From Chloroflexota bacterium (GTDB lineage: Bacteria > Chloroflexota > Dehalococcoidia > UBA2979): DNA of 64,000 nucleotides. The translations under genes and the position numbers were made by a program. Shown here piece by piece: positions 27,883 to 36,808 of this stretch; within the stretch, counting starts at the first letter, position 1, and each line of letters opens with the position of its first letter. The notes beneath the pieces were generated by a model. It was given only the letters and a program-made list of their open reading frames with translations. It made no database searches and was not told the origin of the DNA. Location of the stretch: contig BTUI01000001.1 of the NCBI GenBank assembly GCA_045863195.1, positions 395,453 through 459,452 of the forward strand, given 5' to 3'.

Positions 27883-29250
27883 GTGCTCTTCGCCACCCTG
27901 GCGGCCAGCGCCGGGCTGCCGCGTGCCACCCCGCCCGCCGAGGTCGGCGCCACCCCACCGGAAACCGACCTGCTCTACCTCCAGCCGGCCTCGGGCGTCT
28001 CCGCCGAGGGGCTCGCGGAGGCGCTCCGCGTGCTCGGCGTGGAGGTGGTGACGGCGGGCGTGGACGGCGCGCGTGTCGCCGTGCCCCCGGGCGCGGAGCC
28101 GGCGGCCCTCGCCGCCCGCCTCGCCGCCAGCGGCCTCGCCCGCAGCGTGGAGGGCGACGGCATCGTCCGCGCCGCGCGCGAGCCGGACGATCCGCGTTAT
28201 GTCGAACAGTCGCACTACCTCGACGCGATCGGCGCGCCGCAGGCGTGGGCGCGCGCCACCGGCGGGGGCGTGGTGATCGCCGTGATCGACACCGGCATCG
28301 ACCTCGCCCACCCGGATCTCGCGTCGCGGCTGTTCGTGAACCGCGGCGAACTGGCGAACGGCCGCGACGACGACGCCAACGGCTGCGTGGACGACGTCAG
28401 CGGCTGCTCCTTCGTCTCGCCGGTCACGGCGGACCCCTCCTGCGGCTACACCACCGCCCCACCCCACGCCGGCGTGCAGGACGACGAGGGGCACGGCACG
28501 TTCGTCGCCGGCATCGCCGCCGCCGCCGGGGACAACGGCCGCGGCATCGCCGGGGTCGCCTGGGACGCCCGCCTGCTGCCGGTGAAGGTGCTGGACTGCA
28601 CGGCGACCGGCCGCATTTCGGACGCGGCGGGCGGCATCCGCTACGCCGCGCGCCTCGGCGCGGACGTCATCAACATCTCCTTCGGCACGCTCACCGACTC
28701 GCCCGTGCTGCGCGACGCCGTCCGCGAGGCGCAGGCGCTCGGCGCCGTGGTCGTCGCCTCCGCCGGCAACGACGGCCGCCGCGGGGTCACCTACCCGGCC
28801 CGCTACGACGACGTGCTCTCGGTCGCCGCCAGCGGTCTGCAGCGCGCCACCGGGCTGGACTACCGCGCGACCGCCACCTTCGCGAACTTCGGCGGCGGCG
28901 TGGACTTCCTCGCCCCTGGCGTGCGCGTGCTCAGCACGGTGCCGGCCGGCCTCTGCGGCCGCCGCGGCTGGGTGTGCGGAGAGGACGGCCCCTACGCCGT
29001 GGCCAGCGGCTCCTCGTTCGCCACGCCGGTCGTGGCGGGCGCGGTGGCGGTCATGCTCGCGCGTCACCCCGGCCGCTCCCCGGACCTCGCCGTGCGCCTC
29101 CTGCTCGGCGCGCGCGGCCCCGGCGCCACCGTCGCCGACGCGCGCGTCCTCGACCTCGGCGCGGCGGTGGAACGCGAGGTGTTCACGCTCGGCGCGCCCG
29201 GCACCAGCCGCGCCGGCGGCGGCGCCGTGCCGGGCCCGCGGGACGACTGA
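27883..29250 (+). CDS. S8-family (subtilisin-like) serine peptidase, secreted
   Basis: 455 aa. Catalytic triad motifs VIAVIDTGID, HGTFVAGIAAA and GSSFATPVVAG. The GTG start is uncertain, since a signal-peptide-like stretch (RVAVLVLFATLAASA) is encoded just upstream in frame without a canonical start. Confidence 0.75.
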   Translation: MLFATLAASAGLPRATPPAEVGATPPETDLLYLQPASGVSAEGLAEALRVLGVEVVTAGVDGARVAVPPGAEPAALAARLAASGLARSVEGDGIVRAAREPDDPRYVEQSHYLDAIGAPQAWARATGGGVVIAVIDTGIDLAHPDLASRLFVNRGELANGRDDDANGCVDDVSGCSFVSPVTADPSCGYTTAPPHAGVQDDEGHGTFVAGIAAAAGDNGRGIAGVAWDARLLPVKVLDCTATGRISDAAGGIRYAARLGADVINISFGTLTDSPVLRDAVREAQALGAVVVASAGNDGRRGVTYPARYDDVLSVAASGLQRATGLDYRATATFANFGGGVDFLAPGVRVLSTVPAGLCGRRGWVCGEDGPYAVASGSSFATPVVAGAVAVMLARHPGRSPDLAVRLLLGARGPGATVADARVLDLGAAVEREVFTLGAPGTSRAGGGAVPGPRDD

Positions 29251-29258
29251 GCGGCGCA

Positions 29259-31862
29259 CTACCCCTCCACCCCGAGGCGGCGGCGCGCCTCCGCGCGGAG
29301 GTCGTACAGCGCCTGGAGCGCCTCCAGCGGGGTGTGCTGGTCCGGCTCCAGCACGGCGAGCCGCCGCAGCAGCGCGTCCGGCTCCGCCGCCAGCAGCGAC
29401 AGCTGACGGCCGTCCCCGGCGGGCGGCGCGGGCGCCGGGCGTCCCGCCTCCAGCCCCCCGAGGAGTTCGCGCGCCCGCGCCACCACCGCGCGGGGCAGCC
29501 CGGCGAGCGCGGCGACGTGGACGCCGTACGACCGGTCCGCCCCGCCGTCCACGATCCGGTGGAGGAAGACCACCTCGTTCCCCTCCTCGCGCACGGCGAC
29601 GGAGCGGTTGGCGATGCGCGGCAGCGTCTGCGCCAGCGCCGTGAGTTCGTGGTAGTGCGTGGCGAAGAGGGTGCGCGGCGTCCCCTGCGGTCGGTGGTGG
29701 AGGTACTCGATCACCGCCTGCGCGATCGCGAGGCCGTCCCACGTCGACGTGCCCCGGCCGACCTCGTCCAGGATCACCAGCGACCGCTCCGTCGCGTGGT
29801 GCAGGATCGTCGCCGTCTCCAGCATCTCCACCATGAACGTCGACTGCCCGGCGGCGATGTCGTCCTGCGCGCCCACCCGCGAGAAGATCCGGTCCACCAT
29901 CGCGACCCGCGCGCGCTCCGCCGGGACGAACGCGCCGCACTGCGCGAGGAGCACGATCAGCGCGCTCTGCCGCAGGTAGGTCGACTTGCCGGCCATGTTC
30001 GGCCCGGTCAGCACCACGAGGTCGGCGTGCGCGCCGCCGAGGTGGGTGTCGTTCGGCACGAACGCCCCGCGCGGGAGCAGCGTCTCGACGACCGGGTGCC
30101 GCCCGCCCTCGATCTCGATCGCGCCGCCCTCGTGCAGTTCGGGCCGGACGTAGCGCCCGTCCACCGCCAGCACGGCGAGCGCCGCCGCCACGTCCACGCG
30201 CGCCACCGCCCCCGCCGCCCGCTCGATCGCCACGCCCGCCGCCGCCACCTGCGCGCGCAGCCGGTCGACGATCGCGCGCTCCGCCTCTGCCAGCGCGTCC
30301 TTCGCGCCGAGGATCTCCCCCTCCAGCGTCGCGAGCGGCGCGTAGAAGAAGCGCTGGGTGTTTGCCAGCGTCTGCCGCGGCTCGTACTCCGGCGGCGCCT
30401 TCTCCGCCTGCGAGCGCGGGCACTCCAGGAAGTAGCCGAAGACGCGGTGGTAGCCGACCTTCAGCGAGGCGATCCCGGTGCGCTCCCGCTCCCGCCGTTC
30501 GAGGTCCGCGAGCGCGCTGCGCGCGTCCGTGGTCAACCCGCGCAGCCGGTCGACCTCCGCGTCGAAGCCCGACCGCACCGTCGGCGCGTCGCCCACCTCG
30601 GCGGGGGGATCCTCCGCGAGCGTCGCCAGCACCGCCGCCACCGTCTCCTCGACCCCACCGAGGCCGTCCGCGGCCCGTGCCGCCGCCTCTCCCGCACCCG
30701 CCGCGGCCGCACGGACCGCGGGCAGCCGGGCGAGGCCCTGTGCGAGTTGCCACAGGTGGCGCGCATGCGCCGTCCCGGCGCGGACGCGGCCGAGCAGCCG
30801 CTCCACGTCCGGCATCCCGCGCAGTTCGCGCCGCACCGCCTCACGCGCCAGCGTGGAGGCGACGAAGGCCGCGACCTCATCCAGCCGCGCCTCCGCCTCG
30901 GCGGCACGGCGCAGCGGGCGGCCGAGCCGCAGCCGCAGCAGTCGTGCGCCCATCGGCGTGAGGGTGCGGTCGAGGGTGTCGACGAGCGAGGCCTCGCCGG
31001 AGCGGCCGCCGGTGAACAGCTCCAGGTTGCGGCGCGTCTGCGGGTCCAGGTAGACGACCTCGGCGGCGCGCACCGGGCGAGGGACGCGCAGATGCGCCAG
31101 CGCCTGCGGCCACATCGACTCCAGGTAGGCGACGACCGCGCCGGCGGCGCCCACGGCCGCCTCCAGCCCCTCGAGGCCAAAGCCGTCCAGCGTGGCGACG
31201 CCGTACCGCTCGCGCAGTCGCTCCGCCGCGCGCTCCGGGCGGAACTCCCGCGCCGGCCGCCCCGTCACCAGCACGTCGCCCGGCAGCCCGGCCGAGGCGG
31301 CCGCGACGCCATCCGGCAGCAGCACCTCGCGCGGGCGCAGCCGCGCCCATTCGCCGGCGAGCGCGTCCGCCTCCAGCACCTGCACCTCGACCTCGCCGGT
31401 CGTGACGTCGCACGCCGCGAGCCCCCACCGCTCCGGGTCGCCCGGCGCGGTCGCCGTGTCGCGCACCGCCGCCGCGAGCCAGTTGTGGCCCGGCCCCGCG
31501 AGTAGTTCGCCGCCGTCCACGGTGCCGGGCGTGACCACGCGCGTGATGCGCCGCTCGACGAGGCCGGGCGCGCCCCCCCGCGACGGTGGCAGGCTCACCT
31601 GGTCGGCGATCGCGACGCGGTGCCCGGCGGCGACGAGCGTGTCCAGGTAGCGGTCCAGCTGGTGGTAGGGGATGCCGGCGAGCGGGATGCGCGTGCCGTC
31701 CCCGCCCATCGGGCGGGAGGTCAGCGCGATCCCGAGGACGCGCGCGGCGACCTCGGCGTCCTCGTCGAACGTCTCGTAGAAGTCGCCCATCCGGAACAGC
31801 AGCAGGGCGTCCGGGTGCTGGGCCTTCAGGTCGAGGAACTGCTGGCGGGCCGGGGTGGCCAG
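29259..31862 (-). CDS. mutS: DNA mismatch repair protein MutS (N-terminus apparently initiated at CTG 31862; first in-frame ATG at 31790)
   Basis: The 843-aa track ORF starts MGDFYETF, which is internal to the universal MutS N-terminal motif. The in-frame upstream sequence encodes (L/M)ATPARQQFLDLKAQHPDALLLFR MGDFYE, matching the MutS mismatch-binding N-terminus. No ATG, GTG or TTG lies between the in-frame stop at 31998-32000 and 31790. The only candidate start is CTG at 31862, with GAGAGG upstream. Confidence 0.8.
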   Translation of the reverse strand: MATPARQQFLDLKAQHPDALLLFRMGDFYETFDEDAEVAARVLGIALTSRPMGGDGTRIPLAGIPYHQLDRYLDTLVAAGHRVAIADQVSLPPSRGGAPGLVERRITRVVTPGTVDGGELLAGPGHNWLAAAVRDTATAPGDPERWGLAACDVTTGEVEVQVLEADALAGEWARLRPREVLLPDGVAAASAGLPGDVLVTGRPAREFRPERAAERLRERYGVATLDGFGLEGLEAAVGAAGAVVAYLESMWPQALAHLRVPRPVRAAEVVYLDPQTRRNLELFTGGRSGEASLVDTLDRTLTPMGARLLRLRLGRPLRRAAEAEARLDEVAAFVASTLAREAVRRELRGMPDVERLLGRVRAGTAHARHLWQLAQGLARLPAVRAAAAGAGEAAARAADGLGGVEETVAAVLATLAEDPPAEVGDAPTVRSGFDAEVDRLRGLTTDARSALADLERRERERTGIASLKVGYHRVFGYFLECPRSQAEKAPPEYEPRQTLANTQRFFYAPLATLEGEILGAKDALAEAERAIVDRLRAQVAAAGVAIERAAGAVARVDVAAALAVLAVDGRYVRPELHEGGAIEIEGGRHPVVETLLPRGAFVPNDTHLGGAHADLVVLTGPNMAGKSTYLRQSALIVLLAQCGAFVPAERARVAMVDRIFSRVGAQDDIAAGQSTFMVEMLETATILHHATERSLVILDEVGRGTSTWDGLAIAQAVIEYLHHRPQGTPRTLFATHYHELTALAQTLPRIANRSVAVREEGNEVVFLHRIVDGGADRSYGVHVAALAGLPRAVVARARELLGGLEAGRPAPAPPAGDGRQLSLLAAEPDALLRRLAVLEPDQHTPLEALQALYDLRAEARRRLGVEG

Positions 31863-31932
31863 GGGACGGAGGCCTCTCGCGGGGAGTCGCGAACGTCGGC
31901 CCGCACAGTCTACGGGCCGCCGCGGCCCGCCC

Positions 31933-32346
31933 TCAAGGCGCGGACGGCCCGATCCGCCGCAGCACGATCCGCTCGCCCGGGAAGCGGTGGTCCGCCGTCA
32001 CTACCTCCGCGTCACCCCGGGACACGGCGCGCGCCCAGATCAGCGCATCCCCGAACGAGACCCGCCCGGACGGCCGGCACATCAGCAACGCCTCGGTCAT
32101 GGTCTCGGCCTCGATCTGGTCGAGCACGATCGCCTCATGCTGGATGAGGGCGAGCAGCACGTCCACGATCTCCTCGCGGGAGCGCCGGTACTGGCTCCGG
32201 AGTACGAAGGCGGTCTCCAGGATGACGGCGTCGGTCAGCACGAAGGCCTCGCCAGCGTCGAGGAGCCGCGCCACGGCGGCGGCGGAGGTGGCCGGCTCGC
32301 CCGTGAGGTAGCGCATCACCACCGAGGTATCGAGCAGCGCGGTCAC
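31933..32346 (-). CDS. vapC: Type II toxin VapC (PIN-domain ribonuclease)
   Basis: 137 aa with PIN acidic residues (LLDTSVV ... LTDAVILE ... TAD). Overlaps the upstream antitoxin gene by 4 nt. Confidence 0.8.
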   Translation of the reverse strand: MTALLDTSVVMRYLTGEPATSAAAVARLLDAGEAFVLTDAVILETAFVLRSQYRRSREEIVDVLLALIQHEAIVLDQIEAETMTEALLMCRPSGRVSFGDALIWARAVSRGDAEVVTADHRFPGERIVLRRIGPSAP

Positions 32347-32657
32347 GGGCGCTCAGATGCCGTGAGGTCGCGGAGCGCCGTCTGCTTGGCCTCCCACTCC
32401 TCCGCGATCGCGCGCTCGATGCTGCGGTCGAGCATCTCGTTGTACTCCTCCTCGCTGAGGTGGGCGTACGAGACGTCCGAGGACGGGCGAAGGATGCCGA
32501 ACAGCGAGCGGTTGTGCTTCGGCGGGACGAAGTGGATCTCGACGTGGTCGTCGACCACGCGCTCGATCGCGAGCCAGCCGGGGCCGATGCCCAGGCGGTC
32601 GCGGATCTCCTTGCTGATGACGATCTGGCCCTTCGGCCCCATGACCGGCATGGTCAC
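32343..32657 (-). CDS. vapB: Type II antitoxin VapB (AbrB/MazE/SpoVT swapped-hairpin family)
   Basis: 104 aa. N-terminal SpoVT/AbrB-like beta-barrel (KGQIVISKEIRDRLGIGPG) and acidic C-terminal tail. ATGA overlap with vapC. Confidence 0.7.
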   Translation of the reverse strand: MTMPVMGPKGQIVISKEIRDRLGIGPGWLAIERVVDDHVEIHFVPPKHNRSLFGILRPSSDVSYAHLSEEEYNEMLDRSIERAIAEEWEAKQTALRDLTASERP

Positions 32658-32712
32658 ACCTCCAGCGCCGGGTCAGACCCGACACCCTCAGTATAACCAG
32701 CGCCAGCGAGTC

Positions 32713-32907
32713 CTACCCGGTGCGACGCCCGCCGACCGGGTCGAGGAAGGAGAAAGCGGCGGCGCCGAGCGCGGCGGCGAGGCCGACCGGCTTGCCGGCC
32801 GAGCAGTCGACCGCGCCGGTCACGCAGCCGGCGAACGCCAGCACCGCCACCGCCGCCAGCAGCACCCACAACCGCTGCACGAGCGGGTTCGAGGTCATCG
32901 AGGCCAT
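32713..32907 (-). CDS. Hypothetical small membrane protein (64 aa)
   Basis: ORF with one or two hydrophobic helices, lying between the NuoF-like gene and vapB. No other support. Confidence 0.2.
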   Translation of the reverse strand: MASMTSNPLVQRLWVLLAAVAVLAFAGCVTGAVDCSAGKPVGLAAALGAAAFSFLDPVGGRRTG

Positions 32908-32923
32908 CGGATGCTCCCTCCGG

Positions 32924-34810
32924 CTAGGTCAGCGCCACCACGCGGCCCGTCGCCTGCTTGGCGACGGCCTTCGGCGCGACATCGATGCAGGCGCCGCAGC
33001 GGATGCACGCGGCGTCGTCCACGCTGCGGTGGCCGGCGTTGCCGCGGAACGCGGCGACCGGGCAGATCGCGACCGCCTCGGCGAGGGCGGGGTCGTACTG
33101 GTTGGTCACGACGACCCGGTACAGCCCCTTCATCGTCAGCGAGGGGTCCTCGCCGCGCAGCGCCGCCTCATAGTCGGCGTGGAAGTGCTGGAGCATGTTG
33201 CGGGTGATCTTGGGGCTGAACTGGCCGTGCACGCAGTTGGAGAACTGCAGCGTGCGGTCGATCAGCTTCAGGTTCGGCTCGTCCTCGCGGCGCCCGCGTC
33301 CGTCGATGATGCGGCGGAGGATCTCCGTCTGCCGCTGGTTGCCGCCGTGGCACGTGGTGCAGCGGCCGCAGGACTCCTCCTCCACGAACGCGGAGAACAT
33401 CTCCGCGAGGACGAGGACGCTGGTCTTGTCGTTGCAGAAGACGATGCCGCCGCCGCCCATGATCGCGTCCCACGGCGTGAAGGAGTCGCCCTGGAGGATC
33501 AACTTCGGCAGCGCGTGCGCCGGCAGCAGCGAGCCGAGCGGGCCGCCGGACTGGATCGCCTTCAGTTCGCCGCCCACCATGCCGCCGCAGACCTCCAGCA
33601 CCTTCGCCAGCGGCGTCGCGAACGGGAGCTCCATGAAGCCGACCCGCGCGATGTCGCCCGAGAAGGAGAAGATCTTGGTGCCGGTGGCACGCTCCGAACC
33701 GTACTGCCGGTACCACTCGGAGCCGTGCAGCAGGATGAGCGGGGCGTTGGCGTACGACTCCACGTTGTTCACGTTGGACGGCTTGTCGAACACGCCGCGC
33801 TGCGCCGGGAACGGCGGCTTGACGCGCGGCATGCCACGGTCGTCCTGGATCGAGGAGAGCAGCCCCGTCTCCTCGCCACAGACGTACGCGCCAGCGCCGC
33901 GGATCACCCGCAGGTGGAACGTGAGGCCGGTGCCGAGGATGTCCTCGCCGAGGAGCCCAGCCGTCTCCGCGTCGCGGATCGCCTGCTCCATGCGCGCGAT
34001 CGCCAGCGGGTACTCGTCACGCAGGTAGATGAACCCCTGCTTCGACTTCGTGCCGTACGCGCCGATCAGCATGCCCTCGATCAGGAGGTGCGGGTCGCCC
34101 TCCATCACCACGCGGTTCACCCACGCACCCGGGTCGCCCTCGTCCGCGTTGCAGACCAGGTAGTGCTCGTCCCCGGCGGCGCCGAAGAGGAAGTTCCACT
34201 TCACGCCGGTCGGGAAGTTCGCGCCGCCGCGCCCCGTGAGGCCGGCGTCGTTCATCGTGTTCCGCACCTGCTCCTCGGAGGCGTGCCGCCCGAGCATGCG
34301 CGCCGAGGCGCGGTAGCCGTCCCGCGCGATGTAGTGGTCCAGCGACTCCGGGTCGGTGAGGCCCAGGTTCCGCAGCAGGCGCCGCTCGCGCGGCTCCAGC
34401 GCGAAGAACGGGTGGTCGCGCAGCGACGGGACGCCCTCGCGCGTGCCGGCGACGAGGCCGATGCGCAGCGTCTCCGCGGCGCCCCAGTGGCCGGTCGCCT
34501 CGTCCACGATCAGGCTGGCGTTCTCCGCGGTGACCGGGCCGTAGAGGACCGTCGCGCCGTCCGGGAAGGTGATCTGCACCGTCGGGTGCAGCCACTGGAT
34601 GCCGTAGCCGTGCACCTGCCCGAGGTCGACGGCCGCGTTCCGCTCGGCGGCGATCCGCTCGATCGCGGCGCGCGTCCGGCGCGCGCCGTTCGAGATGGAG
34701 GACTGGTCGATGGCAACGTCGATGCGCGGGCGCTCCGGCGTCCGCCAGGCGGCGTAGGCCGCGTCCGCGGCGGCGCGCAGGACCTCGTAGCGCTCCAGCG
34801 CGTCAGGCAT
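32924..34810 (-). CDS. NADH dehydrogenase 51-kDa (NuoF-like) flavoprotein with N-terminal thioredoxin-like and C-terminal 2x[4Fe-4S] ferredoxin domains (HndC/HoxF/FdhB-like diaphorase subunit)
   Basis: ATG at 34810 (MPDALERYEVL...) gives 628 aa. Motifs: FMN/NADH site GRGGANFPTGVKW, NADEGDPGA, RGAGAYVCGEETGLL. N5 Fe-S site ESCGRCTTC. C-terminal CxxCxxC...CP ferredoxin motifs. 8-nt overlap with the upstream NuoE-like gene. Confidence 0.8.
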   Translation of the reverse strand: MPDALERYEVLRAAADAAYAAWRTPERPRIDVAIDQSSISNGARRTRAAIERIAAERNAAVDLGQVHGYGIQWLHPTVQITFPDGATVLYGPVTAENASLIVDEATGHWGAAETLRIGLVAGTREGVPSLRDHPFFALEPRERRLLRNLGLTDPESLDHYIARDGYRASARMLGRHASEEQVRNTMNDAGLTGRGGANFPTGVKWNFLFGAAGDEHYLVCNADEGDPGAWVNRVVMEGDPHLLIEGMLIGAYGTKSKQGFIYLRDEYPLAIARMEQAIRDAETAGLLGEDILGTGLTFHLRVIRGAGAYVCGEETGLLSSIQDDRGMPRVKPPFPAQRGVFDKPSNVNNVESYANAPLILLHGSEWYRQYGSERATGTKIFSFSGDIARVGFMELPFATPLAKVLEVCGGMVGGELKAIQSGGPLGSLLPAHALPKLILQGDSFTPWDAIMGGGGIVFCNDKTSVLVLAEMFSAFVEEESCGRCTTCHGGNQRQTEILRRIIDGRGRREDEPNLKLIDRTLQFSNCVHGQFSPKITRNMLQHFHADYEAALRGEDPSLTMKGLYRVVVTNQYDPALAEAVAICPVAAFRGNAGHRSVDDAACIRCGACIDVAPKAVAKQATGRVVALT

Positions 34811-35324
34811 TGATCGCCTCCTCGATGCTGCCGCCCGCCTGCAGGGTGCGCGCCATGCGCACCGCGCGCGCGGCGGACATGCCGCCGACCGGCTCGATCG
34901 TGTGGGTCTCGTGCTGCTCCAGCCACACCATCGGCGCGACCTCGCAGGCACCGTTGCACTGGCCCAGGATGACGCCCACGCGGCCGTCCTCCGTCTGCCC
35001 GTTCATGTGCGAGATGCCGAGGCTGGCGAGGAGCGCGTCGCGGATGCCGTTCCCGTTGCGCAGCCGGCAGGCCGGCCCGGAGCACCAGCGGATGTTCGTG
35101 TGCGCCTGCGGCTGGAAGCGGAACTCCTCGTAGTAGGAGGCGGCGCCGTACACGTGCGCGGGGAAGAGGCCCAGCTGCTCGCCGATGACCTCCATCGCCT
35201 CGGAGGAGAGGTAGCCGAACTCGTGCTGGACGCGGTGGAGGGCGGCCAGCAGGTCGCCGTTGTTCGGTCGGAATTCCGCCACCAGCGCGCGGAGGCGCGC
35301 CCGGCTTTCGGTCTCCAGCGGCAT
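34803..35324 (-). CDS. NADH dehydrogenase 24-kDa (NuoE-like) [2Fe-2S] thioredoxin-like subunit
   Basis: 173 aa. [2Fe-2S] ligands C-x4-C ... C-x3-C (RWCSGPACR ... GQCNGACEVAP). Confidence 0.8.
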   Translation of the reverse strand: MPLETESRARLRALVAEFRPNNGDLLAALHRVQHEFGYLSSEAMEVIGEQLGLFPAHVYGAASYYEEFRFQPQAHTNIRWCSGPACRLRNGNGIRDALLASLGISHMNGQTEDGRVGVILGQCNGACEVAPMVWLEQHETHTIEPVGGMSAARAVRMARTLQAGGSIEEAINA

Positions 35325-35440
35325 CAGCGACCCCTCACCCGGTCCGAGGCGTGCTCGTGCGCGGCGTCACACGCCGGGCACTACGGCTGCACTCTACCAA
35401 CGGGCGACCTACGGGCCAAGACGAGGCGGCCCCGGCCCGG

Positions 35441-36808
35441 TTACGCCCCCGGCGCGCGCGGCGGCGCGGCGTCATCCTCGATCAGGCGTGCGACGCGCCG
35501 GCCCATGCGGATCGAGTAGTTCTGACCCCGGTCCTCCGGGTAGATCTGGGTCGTGTTCGCCAGGTAGAGCCCCGGCACGGGCGTCCGGTGCGGCGGGATC
35601 GTTTCGTGGTAGCGGGCGTGCACCACCGGCTGGCCGGCGCGGTCCTTGAAGAGCCACGACTGCCGCACCCACGACCGCTCGAATGCCGGGTTGATCCGCC
35701 GGATCCACGGCTCGTACCGGTCGAGGAGTTCGTCCGCGCTCAGGTCGACCATCGGGTCGCCCGGGCTCATGTAGTCGGAGAGGTAGAGGACGTGGTTGCC
35801 GCCGTACGTCTCCGGCGGCAGGAAGTTGGATTGCTCCACCGCCACCACGAACGGCGCATCCTCGTCCGTCATCGTGAGCCAGTAGATGCCGGAGAGCGGC
35901 CGGTCCAGCGCGAGCACCAGCACGGTGGCCCACTGGTACTGCACCGCGCCCAGCATCCGCGCATACGCCTCCCCCGCCGGGTACGGCGTCAGGTCGGGCG
36001 CGATCCGCTGGAACAGCGGCGAGGGCGTCGTCGCCAGCACGGCGTCGGCGCGCACCTCCTCGCCGGCGCGCGCGCCGCCGAGCACCACGCCGGCCGCCCG
36101 GCCGTCCTCCACGATCACGCGCTCGACGGGCGTGCCCGCCTCCAGCGTGCCGCCCCGCTCGCGGCAGGCGGCGACCATCGCGTCGATCAGCCGTCCGAAG
36201 GAGCCGCGCAGGTAGCCGAGTTGCTCCTTCGCGAGCAGCCCGCGCAGCCCGCCGCCCTGTCGGGAGGCGAAGCGGAGGTGGATCTTCCCCCAGAACCAGA
36301 CGAGCGAGACGTCCTCCGCGTGCTCGCCGAACTTGGCGCGGAGCAGCGGCCCCCACACCCGGTCGTAGCCCTCGCGGCCCACGCGCGAGCGGATCCACGC
36401 GCTGGCGCGCTTCCCCTCGTACTGCTTCCAGTCGGCGAAGCGGCGCAGCCACAGCGCGGTGAGGCCGAGGCGCAGGCGGCTCAGGAGCGAGACCCGGTCG
36501 AAGCGGAGCAGGTCCACGGCACCGATGAACGGGTAGTTCTTCCCGCCCGCGTGCAGGCCCACGTTCGAGTCGATCCACGCGAGGTCGTCGCCAAGGCCCA
36601 GCGCCTCGATCATCGCGACGGCGTCCGTGTCGGAGCGGAAGAGGTGGTGGTAGAAGATCTCCAGGCGGCCGCCGCCCACCTCGAAGGTGCGCACCTGGCC
36701 GCCGAACTCTGGCGACGCCTCGAACAGCGCGACCTCGTGGCCACGGCCGAGCAGTTCGTACGCCGCCGCGAGGCCCGCGACGCCGCCGCCCACGATCACG
36801 ACCTTCAT
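35441..36808 (-). CDS. NAD(P)/FAD-dependent oxidoreductase (amine oxidase / phytoene desaturase / protoporphyrinogen oxidase superfamily)
   Basis: ATG at 36808 (MKVVIVGGGVAGLAAAYELLGRGHEVALFEASPEFGGQ...) is a classic dinucleotide-binding GxGxxG-x17-E motif. 455 aa. The upstream part of the track ORF is an artefact. Confidence 0.7.
   Translation of the reverse strand: MKVVIVGGGVAGLAAAYELLGRGHEVALFEASPEFGGQVRTFEVGGGRLEIFYHHLFRSDTDAVAMIEALGLGDDLAWIDSNVGLHAGGKNYPFIGAVDLLRFDRVSLLSRLRLGLTALWLRRFADWKQYEGKRASAWIRSRVGREGYDRVWGPLLRAKFGEHAEDVSLVWFWGKIHLRFASRQGGGLRGLLAKEQLGYLRGSFGRLIDAMVAACRERGGTLEAGTPVERVIVEDGRAAGVVLGGARAGEEVRADAVLATTPSPLFQRIAPDLTPYPAGEAYARMLGAVQYQWATVLVLALDRPLSGIYWLTMTDEDAPFVVAVEQSNFLPPETYGGNHVLYLSDYMSPGDPMVDLSADELLDRYEPWIRRINPAFERSWVRQSWLFKDRAGQPVVHARYHETIPPHRTPVPGLYLANTTQIYPEDRGQNYSIRMGRRVARLIEDDAAPPRAPGA

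Noticed and set aside
32924-35324. Calling the NuoE/NuoF-like pair part of respiratory complex I
   Set aside because: No nuoA-D or nuoG-N genes are adjacent. The NuoF-like protein carries thioredoxin-like and 2x[4Fe-4S] extensions typical of soluble hydrogenase/FDH diaphorase modules. It is therefore annotated as a NuoEF-like diaphorase, not complex I.
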